NCBI GenBank assembly: GCA_045631345.1 | Contig: JAZQUP010000019.1 | Span: 18,739 to 82,738, forward strand | Source of the DNA: Candidatus Avispirillum sp. | GTDB lineage: Bacteria > Bacillota > Clostridia > Oscillospirales > CAG-272 | Direction: 5' to 3' | Length of the DNA: 64,000 nucleotides | Shown here: piece by piece, positions 19,199-28,580 of the stretch | Layout: the number at the start of each line of letters is the position of its first letter | How positions within the stretch are numbered: position 1 is the first letter of the stretch | Notes under the pieces: model-generated | The model's database searches: none | Seen by the model: the letters and a program-made list of their open reading frames with translations, nothing else | Told to the model about the DNA's origin: nothing | Program-made: the position numbers and the translations under genes

Positions 19199-19885
19199 TT
19201 ATTTCTCCGAAATCTTGTATCCGTGCCCCCAGATAACTTTCAGATAATGGGGATCAGCAGGATTTATTTCAATTTTTTCTCTCAGATGTCGGATGTGAAC
19301 TGCAACGGTATTGTCACTGCCAAATGGAGTGTCGTTCCAGACTTTTCTGTAAATATCGGCAGGGGAGAACACTTTTCCGGGATTTTTCATCAGCAGCTTC
19401 AGAATTTCGTATTCTGTAGGCGTAAGGGCTACCGGCTTGCCGTCAACCGTAACCTTTTTGGAGCTGTCGTCAAGCTCAATTCCGCCGATGATAATTGTGC
19501 TGGATGCGGGGCTGCCGCCAAGCTGAGTATAGCGTCTTAATTGAGATCGCACTCTTGCCGTAACCTCAACGGGATTAAATGGCTTTGTTATGTAGTCATC
19601 AGCGCCCAGATTAAGCCCAAGAACCTTGTCCGTGTCCTCGCTTTTTGCTGTCAGCAGAATAACGGGAACATTGCTGAATTTACGCATCTGAACCATAGCT
19701 GAGATTCCGTCAAGCTGGGGCATCATAACGTCAAGCAGAACAAGATGTATAGTTTCGTTTTTGATAATTTCAAGAGCTGCTTTGCCGTCATTTGCTTCAA
19801 AAATCTTCACATCGGGGGCGGCAAGATATATTCCCAGAGCATTCACAATATCCTGTTCATCATCGCAAATAAGAATGTTGTACAT
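19199..19885 (-). CDS. OmpR-family response regulator
   Basis: 228 aa. Receiver motifs ILICDDE and LLDVMMP, plus a winged-helix region LTPTEYEILKLL. Confidence 0.95.
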   Translation of the reverse strand: MYNILICDDEQDIVNALGIYLAAPDVKIFEANDGKAALEIIKNETIHLVLLDVMMPQLDGISAMVQMRKFSNVPVILLTAKSEDTDKVLGLNLGADDYITKPFNPVEVTARVRSQLRRYTQLGGSPASSTIIIGGIELDDSSKKVTVDGKPVALTPTEYEILKLLMKNPGKVFSPADIYRKVWNDTPFGSDNTVAVHIRHLREKIEINPADPHYLKVIWGHGYKISEK

Positions 19886-19977
19886 AGATTTTTTTCTTTC
19901 CTCTGCCTATATTTTATCACGGTATATATTAAAAACCAACTGGGTAAATTCTTAAGAATTGATTAAATATGCCTTTT

Positions 19978-20081
19978 CCGCCAACTCACCGAAGGTTAGT
20001 TGTTAGAATCCCTTGAACAACATAAATTATCGTTTAGCGCACTAAGGCTTCCATAAAAAACTGCTTCGCAGTTGTCGGTGG
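19978..20081. repeat. hairpin-rich intergenic element (copy B) with imperfect terminal inverted repeats
   Basis: CCGCCAAC (19978-19985) versus GTTGTCGGTGG (20071-20081). Internal hairpins are CAACT..AGTTG, GTTGTT..AACAAC and CTGC-TTC-GCAG. It shares an 18-mer with copy E in inverted orientation. Confidence 0.45.
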
Positions 20082-20093
20082 AGTCTATGTTTC

Positions 20094-20122
20094 AAGAAAA
20101 GCCGCATAAATGCGGCTTTTCT
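20094..20122 (-). terminator. intrinsic terminator after the PAP2 gene
   Basis: Hairpin AAAAGCCGCA-TAAA-TGCGGCTTTT (20097-20120), just downstream of the stop at 20125. Confidence 0.85.
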
Positions 20123-20124
20123 TG

Positions 20125-20844
20125 TTATTGTTCAATTATTGAAATATCGTGAAGAGCACTGTCCTTTTCAGCACTTCGTTTTCTTGGCACTACCACATAA
20201 CATGGAAAATAAGCAAGGAAACAAATGGGAAGCGCGGCAATAATGTCAATAACTGAGTGTTGCTTGAGAAAAACTGTCGAGATACTGATGAGGATGGTTG
20301 AGACAATAAAGAATGTCATCCACGCAGGCGTTTGAAATCTTTTTATGTTCACAGCTGATGTGAGAACTGCCATAGATCCAACTACGTGCAGAGAAGGGCA
20401 CACATTTGTATTAGTGTCAAATTTATAAAATGCTGCCATAAACTGCGTCAGAATATTATCTCTTTCAAATTCCGCAGGTCTCAGCTGTTGGCAATTGGGA
20501 AATAAAATAAACACTATAAGCGCAGCGGAATATGTGAGGATAATATATTTCATCAGTTTTCTGAATGCTTCAATGTCGTATAGTAATGTATAAACGTGTA
20601 TTCCGATCAGGAATAGGAACCAGAACATATACGGGAAAACAAACAGCTCGTTAAAGGGGATGTAGTTATCCCACCTGCAGTACATAGGATAGTAGCTGTC
20701 AACGGGAATAACCCTTTCAAACAGGAAAAACAGTAAACCGAACAGAATCCAGTAAAAGAGAAGGTTGAGATGGCGAAATCTGTCTGTGTTCAGATTTGAG
20801 AGTCGCAGCTCTTTGTAATCAACAACGGGTCTTTTGATTTTCAT
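20125..20844 (-). CDS. PAP2-superfamily integral membrane phosphatase/phosphotransferase
   Basis: 239 aa with about 6 TM helices. The C-terminal motifs CPSLHV and KQHSVIDI match the PAP2 PSxH / HxxxD signature. Confidence 0.7.
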   Translation of the reverse strand: MKIKRPVVDYKELRLSNLNTDRFRHLNLLFYWILFGLLFFLFERVIPVDSYYPMYCRWDNYIPFNELFVFPYMFWFLFLIGIHVYTLLYDIEAFRKLMKYIILTYSAALIVFILFPNCQQLRPAEFERDNILTQFMAAFYKFDTNTNVCPSLHVVGSMAVLTSAVNIKRFQTPAWMTFFIVSTILISISTVFLKQHSVIDIIAALPICFLAYFPCYVVVPRKRSAEKDSALHDISIIEQ

Positions 20845-20985
20845 TTTGCTTCACCACAATTCAAGATTTTTTAGTTTATGACATATGATAAAATCTGTCT
20901 ATATTGTATAATTGACCATATTAAAATCCAATTGTGTAATTGATTAAGATATGTTTAAGGGCAAATGGTTTTAGCGCAGTTTTAG

Positions 20986-23211
20986 TTATCCCACAATAAT
21001 GGTATCTTCGTAGTATTTATAAAACGCTTCGTCCTCGTAGCTGTAGTCGTAAACATTGAAGTTTTCGCTTTGGGGCTCAAATCCGTCCGGATAGGGAAGG
21101 AAGAGAGTTGCGTGATGATAGATATAGTCAACAGTCACATCCTCGGATTTTTCTTCCATATCTGAAAACTCGCAAAAGATAACAACAAACTTATCGCTTT
21201 CAAGCTTTCCTTCTTTCATTTTTTCTGCCATAGTCTTAAGGTCTGCGGCAAATTCCTTATTGAAATCGGAGTTTTTGGTATTCTCATCGTAGTACCAGTG
21301 ATGATAAAGATTCCACTGAATTTTCTCGTCAACAGCCGATATATTGAAATATATGTTTTCGTATTTTTTCTCAGCCGCTTCGTAATCGGAGAGTATCTCA
21401 TAAACCAAGTCTATTTCATTCTCGCTTGCTTTATTTACTATTTCATAGATCATTGCAGTGGTCTTGGGGAAAAGAGTGCCGTTGAATGAAACTTCAAGAG
21501 TTGACTCATGGTCTTTGGGCTGATAACGAATACAGAATCCGCTTGTATTGACGTTGTCGCTTGCCAGATATGTGGTCCATTCGGCAAAATCAAGACCTTT
21601 AACTTCTTCCTGCAGGCTGCGGAGGATCTTTTCATATTCCTCCTCTGTCATATGGATATAGTTGTGATCGAAATTTTCAAAAATTTCAATCGTACGGTCT
21701 ACTGTATCCGGAATTTCGTAGAAGGAGGTTTTATATGCATCGTTTGACTGCACGTATCCCATCATTTTTGTGTAGTCGTCAATTGACATATAAATGTTTC
21801 TTGTTCTCTTGATGCCGTTTGAAACATAAACAACGGAAAAGTGAGTGTACTGCAGTTCAGCTTCAGGGTCACCGTAGTAGTAGTTGTCTCCCTTTTCTTC
21901 ATACATAAATGAATTGAAGTTACCATTTTTGGAGCGTTCATTATTCACTCTCAGATTCTCTGTTGCAATTGCAATAGCATCTCTGTCTTCAATTTTGATC
22001 TGAGCTGCTTTTTCGTCTGCGTAGGTTTTGAATGTTATGCTGCGGCGGAAATAATTGTTATTGCTGTTTTCAATGTAGATAGCATCAACATCTTCGTTTG
22101 CAGGAGTGTAGGAATGAACGTATGCTGTGCATCCGAAGCAAGCTGCGGCAATGGCAATGTTAAGTCCTACAAGGATTGCAAGACCGGGGAGAGTTGAGGG
22201 GATTGTTCTGAATGTTTTCTGAGTGATAAGCTCGTATGCGAAATAGATAATAATTGCAACAAGATATAAAACAATCACAATAGACAATTCAAGGTCACTG
22301 ATAGCCGCGCATGTGACAATGCTGCTCACAACAAATCCTACGCATATTCTGATAAAGTGATGCATTTTTTTACCGGTTGCGGCGTGGCCTGAGGTTTCGC
22401 TGTTTCTGCGGCAGAAGAGAATTGCTGCAAGAATTGCATAAGCAAGGGCGATAACGATGGAATAGATATCGCTTGCAATGTTATGCAGATAAAAATCGTC
22501 GTTTCCGTAGAAGAATATCTGCGCCACCAGGTTTACAAGGGAGTTATATTCTGTTCCGAAGAAACCGTAATGTCCTTCAATAATGGGAGCAATCTCGCCC
22601 ATAACAAGAGTTACAAGGGTTATAAGCAAACGGGGCAGGAATAGAAGCAGACCAGCGCAGGTGATGTTTGCTATAGGTGTGCCTGTAAGGCTCATTGCAG
22701 CAATTATGCCGAAAACAAGCATCATTGAAAGGGAAACCATTGTGAGCAGAGTGTCAAATGTTCCTGTAAGGTTCACTATGAACACCTTGGGCATAAGTGC
22801 ATAAGCGGCAACAGTTGCGCCGCCATAGATAAGGGAGAGACCGATAAGCCATGTGAATATAGCGGCGGTGAAGCTGTTAAACATACAGATGCGTGTGTAT
22901 GGGAGTGCGTGGTAAAAGTCGGAAGCACTTCTTTTATTGAACGCGCTGTAAAGCATAAATGTGAATATGGGAGATGCCGCCAGAGCTATGGCGCATATCA
23001 TAGGGCACATTTCTATAAAGTTCATAACTTGGGGAGTGTATGAATCCAGTTCATCAGGGAATCTTGCAACATAGTCAAGATAATTGATATATTGAATAAC
23101 GGGCACTGCAAGTCCGATGAGCAGCAAAGCCGCAAGGAATATTATGCCAACAACTCGGAGCTGACGAAGGCCTTCTGTGTAAAGCCCACGTGAAAACAGT
23201 TTATTTTTCAT
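20986..23211 (-). CDS. ABC-transporter-associated membrane protein (presumed permease) with large C-terminal extracytoplasmic domain
   Basis: 741 aa. The first ~370 aa have about 10 hydrophobic helices. The last ~370 aa are hydrophilic and rich in Tyr/Asn/Glu. It lies 24 nt downstream of the ABC ATPase. No family was recognised. Confidence 0.65.
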   Translation of the reverse strand: MKNKLFSRGLYTEGLRQLRVVGIIFLAALLLIGLAVPVIQYINYLDYVARFPDELDSYTPQVMNFIEMCPMICAIALAASPIFTFMLYSAFNKRSASDFYHALPYTRICMFNSFTAAIFTWLIGLSLIYGGATVAAYALMPKVFIVNLTGTFDTLLTMVSLSMMLVFGIIAAMSLTGTPIANITCAGLLLFLPRLLITLVTLVMGEIAPIIEGHYGFFGTEYNSLVNLVAQIFFYGNDDFYLHNIASDIYSIVIALAYAILAAILFCRRNSETSGHAATGKKMHHFIRICVGFVVSSIVTCAAISDLELSIVIVLYLVAIIIYFAYELITQKTFRTIPSTLPGLAILVGLNIAIAAACFGCTAYVHSYTPANEDVDAIYIENSNNNYFRRSITFKTYADEKAAQIKIEDRDAIAIATENLRVNNERSKNGNFNSFMYEEKGDNYYYGDPEAELQYTHFSVVYVSNGIKRTRNIYMSIDDYTKMMGYVQSNDAYKTSFYEIPDTVDRTIEIFENFDHNYIHMTEEEYEKILRSLQEEVKGLDFAEWTTYLASDNVNTSGFCIRYQPKDHESTLEVSFNGTLFPKTTAMIYEIVNKASENEIDLVYEILSDYEAAEKKYENIYFNISAVDEKIQWNLYHHWYYDENTKNSDFNKEFAADLKTMAEKMKEGKLESDKFVVIFCEFSDMEEKSEDVTVDYIYHHATLFLPYPDGFEPQSENFNVYDYSYEDEAFYKYYEDTIIVG

Positions 23212-23235
23212 TGCTTTTTCTTCCTTTCTTTGAAA

Positions 23236-24129
23236 TTAATCAAGGTTAAAGCTATATCCCAGCGCTTCCATTTCGTATGTGAAAACTTCCTCAAGAGTGA
23301 GGGGAAGAACATCAAGGAGAATAGGATTAAGCGCAGAAAGGCGCATAACAGTTTCGTTTCTGTCGCCACGAACGATCATATTAGTAACAGAGCCGTGGCG
23401 AGTTGAGTGAACGATGTCAATTCCATCAAATAGCTCATCTGTATATTCGTCTCTGAATGCGATCTGAATTTTGAACTGTGATGTTTTCAGATTCTGTACA
23501 TCGCTTTCAAGAACAAGTCCGCCTCGGTGGAGAAGCGCCAGCTGATCGCAGGTGTCCTCAAGCTCACGAAGTGAGTGGGATGTGATGATTGCGCTTGCGC
23601 CTCGGTCAACAACGTCCTGGCAGATAAGCTTTTTGATATAATTTCTCATAACGGGGTCAAGTCCGTCAAAGGTTTCGTCAAAGAAAATATAGTCGGGCTT
23701 TGCGGCAAGGGCAAGGATCGTAACAGCCTGTCGTCTCATACCCTTTGAGAAGGTGTTAAGGCTTTTTTTAGTGTCCAGCCCAAGATCCTTGGCAAGCTCC
23801 TTGAAGCGATTATAATCAAATCCGGGATAAATTGAGCGATACATTGTTGCCATTCGCTCCATTGATGATCCTGCAAGGTAGAAAAGCTCATCGGGAACAT
23901 AAGCTATTCTGGATTTGATGGAAGGATTTTCGTAGATAGCTTCTCCGTCCATTTCTGCAATACCGCTATCAGCTTTGTATACGCCTGATATTGTTCTCAG
24001 AAATGTGGATTTACCTGCGCCGTTTGATCCAACCATTCCGTATATACAGCCGTCCTGAATGGTACAGCTGATATTGTCAAGAGCGACAAAATCGCCAAAC
24101 TTTTTTGTTAAGTTTTCAGTTTTGATCAT
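23236..24129 (-). CDS. ABC transporter ATP-binding protein
   Basis: 297 aa. Walker A GSNGAGKST, signature-like FSKGMRRQ and Walker B IFFDETFDGLD. Confidence 0.95.
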   Translation of the reverse strand: MIKTENLTKKFGDFVALDNISCTIQDGCIYGMVGSNGAGKSTFLRTISGVYKADSGIAEMDGEAIYENPSIKSRIAYVPDELFYLAGSSMERMATMYRSIYPGFDYNRFKELAKDLGLDTKKSLNTFSKGMRRQAVTILALAAKPDYIFFDETFDGLDPVMRNYIKKLICQDVVDRGASAIITSHSLRELEDTCDQLALLHRGGLVLESDVQNLKTSQFKIQIAFRDEYTDELFDGIDIVHSTRHGSVTNMIVRGDRNETVMRLSALNPILLDVLPLTLEEVFTYEMEALGYSFNLD

Positions 24130-24150
24130 AGATTGTAACCGTACCTTTCT

Positions 24151-24528
24151 TTAGTTTTTGTGGCTCAGAGAAAGGCCATTTTCAACAGCCTCTGTAATTT
24201 CTTCTTTCGTCACGCCGGAGAGGGCAAGCTCTCGCACAAGATCGGAAAGCTCAGCAAGCTTTTGTCTCCCTGCACTCTGAAGAGCTTCTCCTGCAGTTTC
24301 TGCAATGAAGCATCCTTTGCCGGGAACACTTTTTGCAATTCCTCTGGCATCAAGCTCGGAATAAGCCTTTTGAATTGTGTTGGGGTTTACGGAAAGCTCA
24401 ATTGAAAGGCTACGAACTGAGGGCAGCTGATCCCCCGCATTCATAATTCCAAGAGAAACAAGCTTTTCAACCTGCTCGATTATCTGCTCATAAACCGGAG
24501 TTCGTGACATTCCGTCTATTCGGAACAT
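24151..24528 (-). CDS. GntR-family (YtrA-subfamily-like, short) transcriptional regulator
   Basis: 125 aa. Winged HTH: LPSVRSLSIELSVNPNTIQKAYSEL. Confidence 0.9.
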   Translation of the reverse strand: MFRIDGMSRTPVYEQIIEQVEKLVSLGIMNAGDQLPSVRSLSIELSVNPNTIQKAYSELDARGIAKSVPGKGCFIAETAGEALQSAGRQKLAELSDLVRELALSGVTKEEITEAVENGLSLSHKN

Positions 24529-24566
24529 AATTACCTCCTTTTGTATTATAGAAATATTTCTGTTTT

Positions 24567-24593
24567 AACTGTACTATGTGTGTTAGTACAGTT
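24567..24593. promoter_or_regulatory. candidate GntR operator: 10-bp perfect inverted repeat
   Basis: AACTGTACTA-TGTGTGT-TAGTACAGTT. It lies directly downstream of the -10 box of the operon promoter and would cover the transcription start. Confidence 0.6.
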
Positions 24594-24595
24594 AT

Positions 24596-24624
24596 AGTAT
24601 AAGGCATATTTAATTCTTTGTCAA
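24596..24624 (-). promoter_or_regulatory. sigma-A-type promoter (TTGACA-17-TATACT) of the gntR-ABC operon
   Basis: On the minus strand, TTGACA = 24624-24619 and TATACT = 24601-24596. Confidence 0.65.
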
Positions 24625-24689
24625 TACCTTTAAGAAATTTTTAAGAAATGCTGTTTATGAGAATATGACAAAGTTTGACTTAAACATCA

Positions 24690-24722
24690 AGGGAAAAGCC
24701 CTTCCGAGAGGAAGGGCTTTAA
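24690..24722 (-). terminator. intrinsic terminator after miaA
   Basis: Hairpin AAAGCCCTTCC-GAGA-GGAAGGGCTTT (24695-24720). The U-run is weak. Confidence 0.6.
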
Positions 24723-24724
24723 TA

Positions 24725-25681
24725 TCACAAAACTTTATTCAACTTTTCTATTGCCTCGCTGAGAATATCATCAAAACTTCTCATTCCGTTTTCATCATCG
24801 GGGTGAATAACAATGGCATTCTTATATCGTTTAAACCATGTTATCTGTCGCTTAGCATAACGTCGGGAGTTTTGTCTGATGCGATCTGCGCCGTCAGCCA
24901 GGGATTCTTCTCCTGCCAGATAAGGCAGAAGCTCTTTATATCCAATAGCCTGATATGCGGGAGACTTTTCAGTAATAAGTCCCTCAGCGAAAAGCTTTTT
25001 CGCTTCCTCCTCAAGACCTGCCTGAAGCATCAGATCAACTCTGCGGTCAATTCTTTCATACAGAAGCTCTCGGTTGAGAAAGTCAAGAACCACTATTTTA
25101 GCATCATATGGGGGAACCGCATCCTTTGAGCGTTTATCCCATTCTGTTTTGGGAATTCCTGTGGTTTCAAAAATTTCAATGGCACGAATAACTCGGCGCA
25201 CATTGTTTGGATGGATTGCGTCAGCGGCATCGGGGTCAACGGCACGAAGCTTTTCGTGAACAGCCTCGTTTCCATATTCCTCAGCCATTCGGGTAAGATC
25301 TTCTCTGAGAGCTTCATTTTTAACGCCTTCTGAGTAGTTTGAGATAGTTGTAACAGCGTCAAGATAAAGCCCTGTGCCACCGCAGAAAACAGGGATTTTT
25401 CCTCGGGAGATTATATCGTCGGCGCATTTTTTTCCAAGCTCGCCATAGTCAGCGCAGGAAAAATCTGTATCAGGGGTGCATATTCCAACTAAATGATGGG
25501 GAACACCCAGTCGTTCTTCAATTGTGGGGGCTGCAGTTCCTATTTCCATGCCCTTATAAATCTGCATGGAATCGTTTGAAACAACCTCACCGCCAAAATG
25601 AAGGGCAAGCTGAACAGCAAGGGCGGTTTTGCCCGATGCTGTAGGGCCTGCAACAGCTATCAGCTTTTTATTTTCGTTCAC
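24725..25681 (-). CDS. miaA: tRNA dimethylallyltransferase
   Basis: 318 aa. P-loop IAVAGPTASGKTALA. Confidence 0.95.
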   Translation of the reverse strand: MNENKKLIAVAGPTASGKTALAVQLALHFGGEVVSNDSMQIYKGMEIGTAAPTIEERLGVPHHLVGICTPDTDFSCADYGELGKKCADDIISRGKIPVFCGGTGLYLDAVTTISNYSEGVKNEALREDLTRMAEEYGNEAVHEKLRAVDPDAADAIHPNNVRRVIRAIEIFETTGIPKTEWDKRSKDAVPPYDAKIVVLDFLNRELLYERIDRRVDLMLQAGLEEEAKKLFAEGLITEKSPAYQAIGYKELLPYLAGEESLADGADRIRQNSRRYAKRQITWFKRYKNAIVIHPDDENGMRSFDDILSEAIEKLNKVL

Positions 25682-25711
25682 TTTTTTGTTCCTGTGATTA
25701 TATATTTTAAG

Positions 25712-26158
25712 TTAAATGGTCAATTTTTTATTAAGCTTAAAGAAAAGAAATCCTATGAAAATGCCGATGATATTAAGGATATAATCGTCAATATCAAAGC
25801 TTCCCAGCAATGTGAAATACTGAATAGCCTCCACAGCCAAAATTATAGCAGAGGAAATAATAAACATTGTTTTGTAATTTCTCATCTTTTTCCAAAGCAT
25901 AGGGAGAAAAACTCCAAGAGGGATAAAAACTCCAACATTTCCTGCAAGATTTATTATTGCAAGACGAACAAGAGAAAGAACACCTGATTGATATTTTTCT
26001 GCATATTCTGCAATAGTTCTGAATGGAATGAGATTTATATTGTTTTTCAGCTGAAGAAAATAGTTATCATAAGATGCAAAGCCCATTCTCTGTCCAAAGA
26101 GAAGCCAAAGCATTGCGATGCTGTAAAAAGCAAACAGAATAAATGTTTTTCTTTTCAT
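25712..26158 (-). CDS. VanZ-family membrane protein
   Basis: 148 aa with 4 TM helices. The pattern NLIPFRT...NVGVFIPLG...SFDIDD is typical of VanZ-like proteins. Confidence 0.75.
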   Translation of the reverse strand: MKRKTFILFAFYSIAMLWLLFGQRMGFASYDNYFLQLKNNINLIPFRTIAEYAEKYQSGVLSLVRLAIINLAGNVGVFIPLGVFLPMLWKKMRNYKTMFIISSAIILAVEAIQYFTLLGSFDIDDYILNIIGIFIGFLFFKLNKKLTI

Positions 26159-26159
26159 A

Positions 26160-27263
26160 TCAATGAATGATCATTGCGTCGCCAAAGCTGAAGAATCTGT
26201 ATTTTTCTTCAACGGCTTTATTATATGCCCCAATCATCTTTTCTCTTCCTGCAAAGGCGGAAACAAGCATAAGCAGTGTGCTTTCGGGAAGGTGGAAGTT
26301 TGTTATAAGAGCATCAACTATCTTAAATTTATAACCGGGATAGATAAAGATTCCTGTGTCTGTGCTGACAGGAAGAAGAACTCCGTCGTCGTTTGCGGCG
26401 CTTTCAAGAGTTCTGCAGGATGTTGTTCCAACTGCAATAACACGTCCGCCTGCAGCTTTGCGTTCGTTAATGATTTTTGCGCTTTCTTCTGTAACGCAGA
26501 TATATTCTGAGTGCATTTCGTGGTCCTTGATATTTTCTTCAGCAACAGGACGGAATGTACCGAGGCCAACGTGAAGGAGAACAGGAACGATTGCTGTGCC
26601 CTGCGCTCTGATCTTATCAAGCAGTTCGTTTGTGAAATGCAGACCTGCTGTAGGAGCGGCAGAGGATCCTTCCTCTCGTGAATAAACGGTCTGGTATCTT
26701 TCTCCGTCAGAAAGCTTTTCTGTTATATAAGGGGGAAGAGGCATTGTGCCAACACGGTGAAGAGCATCGTAAACGCATGTTGCATCTCCGCCTGCTGTGA
26801 ACTTAACAACTCTGCATCCGCCTTCAATAATATCAATAACCTCTGCTGTCAGCAGTCCTTCTCCGAAAGAAAGTCTGTCTCCAATCTTCGCTCTTTTGCC
26901 GGGACCTGCAAGTGCTTCCCATGTATCGTTTTCTCTCTGCTTCAGAAGGAGAAGCTCAACAGGTGAGGTGCTGTTTGTTTCAACAAGCTCCTTTGTCTGA
27001 TTATCAAAACGATGGGAGCGAATGCCGATAACTCTGGCGGGGATAACTCTTGTATCGTTGATAACAAGAACGTCCTCGGGACGAATATAATCGGTGATAT
27101 CAGAGAAAAACTTATGTTCAATTCCGCATCCGTCACGCTCAATAACCATAAGTCGTGAGGAATCACGAGGATAAACAGGGGTCTGAGCGATCAGCTCTTC
27201 GGGAAGATCATAATGAAAATCCTTCAGAGTGAGATCAGTTTCGGGAAGATTGTTTTTTATCAT
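26160..27263 (-). CDS. queA: S-adenosylmethionine:tRNA ribosyltransferase-isomerase
   Basis: 367 aa. [14 protein letters not shown] at the N-terminus and FFSFGDAM at the C-terminus. Confidence 0.95.
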   Translation of the reverse strand: MIKNNLPETDLTLKDFHYDLPEELIAQTPVYPRDSSRLMVIERDGCGIEHKFFSDITDYIRPEDVLVINDTRVIPARVIGIRSHRFDNQTKELVETNSTSPVELLLLKQRENDTWEALAGPGKRAKIGDRLSFGEGLLTAEVIDIIEGGCRVVKFTAGGDATCVYDALHRVGTMPLPPYITEKLSDGERYQTVYSREEGSSAAPTAGLHFTNELLDKIRAQGTAIVPVLLHVGLGTFRPVAEENIKDHEMHSEYICVTEESAKIINERKAAGGRVIAVGTTSCRTLESAANDDGVLLPVSTDTGIFIYPGYKFKIVDALITNFHLPESTLLMLVSAFAGREKMIGAYNKAVEEKYRFFSFGDAMIIH

Positions 27264-27347
27264 AAATGGACACCGTCCTTTTTTATTTCAAAATCTGATA
27301 TATTCTAACATAAAAATGCAAGGCATTCAAGTGGGATAAATTTATTT

Positions 27348-27833
27348 TCAGACAACTCCGTGGCTGCACACGATATGATCTCCAACGATTTCAATAACTC
27401 CGTATGTGCATTTGGGATAGCCTTTTCCTATTGTGCCGGGGTTAAAATATATTAAGCCATCTTGGCGCAGCTCAAGAGCACTGTGGGTATGTCCGAAAAG
27501 CAGTATCTGAGCTTCCTGTTCCCTTGCTTTGTATCCTGCCCACAAAAGTGTGCTTTTAACGTCATATTTATGTCCGTGCATGCATAATAATTTAACACCG
27601 CCCATATCAATAAGAGCTTCTTCGCGTTCACGAACAAAAGCGGGATCGCAATTTCCCTTAACACAGATATGGGGCACGTTGGGATATTTTTCAAAAACGG
27701 ATTGAGCTCCGATAATGCCGTCGCCGAGGAAAATAAATGCATCTGCCCGGCCATTATGAGCTTCAATGGCAGCTTCAATATTTCTTTCTCTGCCGTGGGA
27801 ATCGGAAAAAACAAGAATTTTAATTTTTTTCAT
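27348..27833 (-). CDS. YfcE/MJ0936-family metallophosphoesterase
   Basis: 161 aa. Motifs VFSDSHGR, LGDG, GNCD, MHGH and GHTH. Confidence 0.85.
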   Translation of the reverse strand: MKKIKILVFSDSHGRERNIEAAIEAHNGRADAFIFLGDGIIGAQSVFEKYPNVPHICVKGNCDPAFVREREEALIDMGGVKLLCMHGHKYDVKSTLLWAGYKAREQEAQILLFGHTHSALELRQDGLIYFNPGTIGKGYPKCTYGVIEIVGDHIVCSHGVV

Positions 27834-27871
27834 ATTGATAACCTTATTCTTTGTAAATGAAAGGATTTTTT

Positions 27872-28111
27872 ATGAAGCTTGACAAAAACACAATTCAGAT
27901 GATAACGAAAATGTCCGATGATCATTTATGGAAGATAATTTGCGCCTTAGGCGTTTCATCGGGAATTGATCTGTCGGAGGTTAAAATGGATAAAGCTCAG
28001 CTTGAAAAGGTTCGTCAAGCTCTTTCTCAGATGACGGATGCTGATATCAGCCGAGCAACTGAAATTATAGCAAATTGCAAAAAAGGAGATAAGAATGACA
28101 AGCATTGGTGA
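27872..28111 (+). CDS. hypothetical small protein (first of three coupled ORFs)
   Basis: The ORF track gives 27857..28111. The ATG at 27872 lies 6 nt after AAAGGA and is preferred. No family was recognised. Confidence 0.5.
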   Translation: MKLDKNTIQMITKMSDDHLWKIICALGVSSGIDLSEVKMDKAQLEKVRQALSQMTDADISRATEIIANCKKGDKNDKHW

Positions 28112-28580
28112 TTTTGAAGGCCTTCCCGATGTTATAAAAAAGCTGACAGAAAGCCCTGAAATTGCGGACATAATAAAAAATGCAGGTCTATCTAAGGCTG
28201 AAGGTGAAAATCCTGCTAAGGTTGAAAACAAGCCTGAAGGATTGGGTCTTTCTCCCGAGATGATGGCAAAGCTTCCATCGGTTATATCCATGCTTCAGGG
28301 GATGGGCATAGGGGCTTCTGATGGAAAGAGCAATGCGGCTTCTTCTATAGATATGAATGAGATAGCGGCTCGCTTGCCTCAGGCTATGAGTGCGCTTTCA
28401 TCGGTTGGAGTGGGGGTAAATCAAAGCCGCAAGGGAAAAGGCGAGGATAAAAAGCGTGAGGCTCTTCTGAAGGCATTGCGTCCATATATGAATGAGCGCA
28501 AGCGTGGGGCAATTGATGCAATGCTTGGAATTGGCTCGCTTGCCGAAATAATAATGATGCTCACAGGAGGTGAAAGCTGA
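28095..28580 (+). CDS. hypothetical protein (second of three coupled ORFs)
   Basis: 161 aa. AAGGAG lies 8 nt upstream. It overlaps the previous ORF by 17 nt. The sequence is low complexity and Gly/Ser/Ala-rich, with a conserved-looking C-terminus REALLKALRPYMNERKRGAIDAMLGIGSLAEII. Confidence 0.55.
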   Translation: MTSIGDFEGLPDVIKKLTESPEIADIIKNAGLSKAEGENPAKVENKPEGLGLSPEMMAKLPSVISMLQGMGIGASDGKSNAASSIDMNEIAARLPQAMSALSSVGVGVNQSRKGKGEDKKREALLKALRPYMNERKRGAIDAMLGIGSLAEIIMMLTGGES

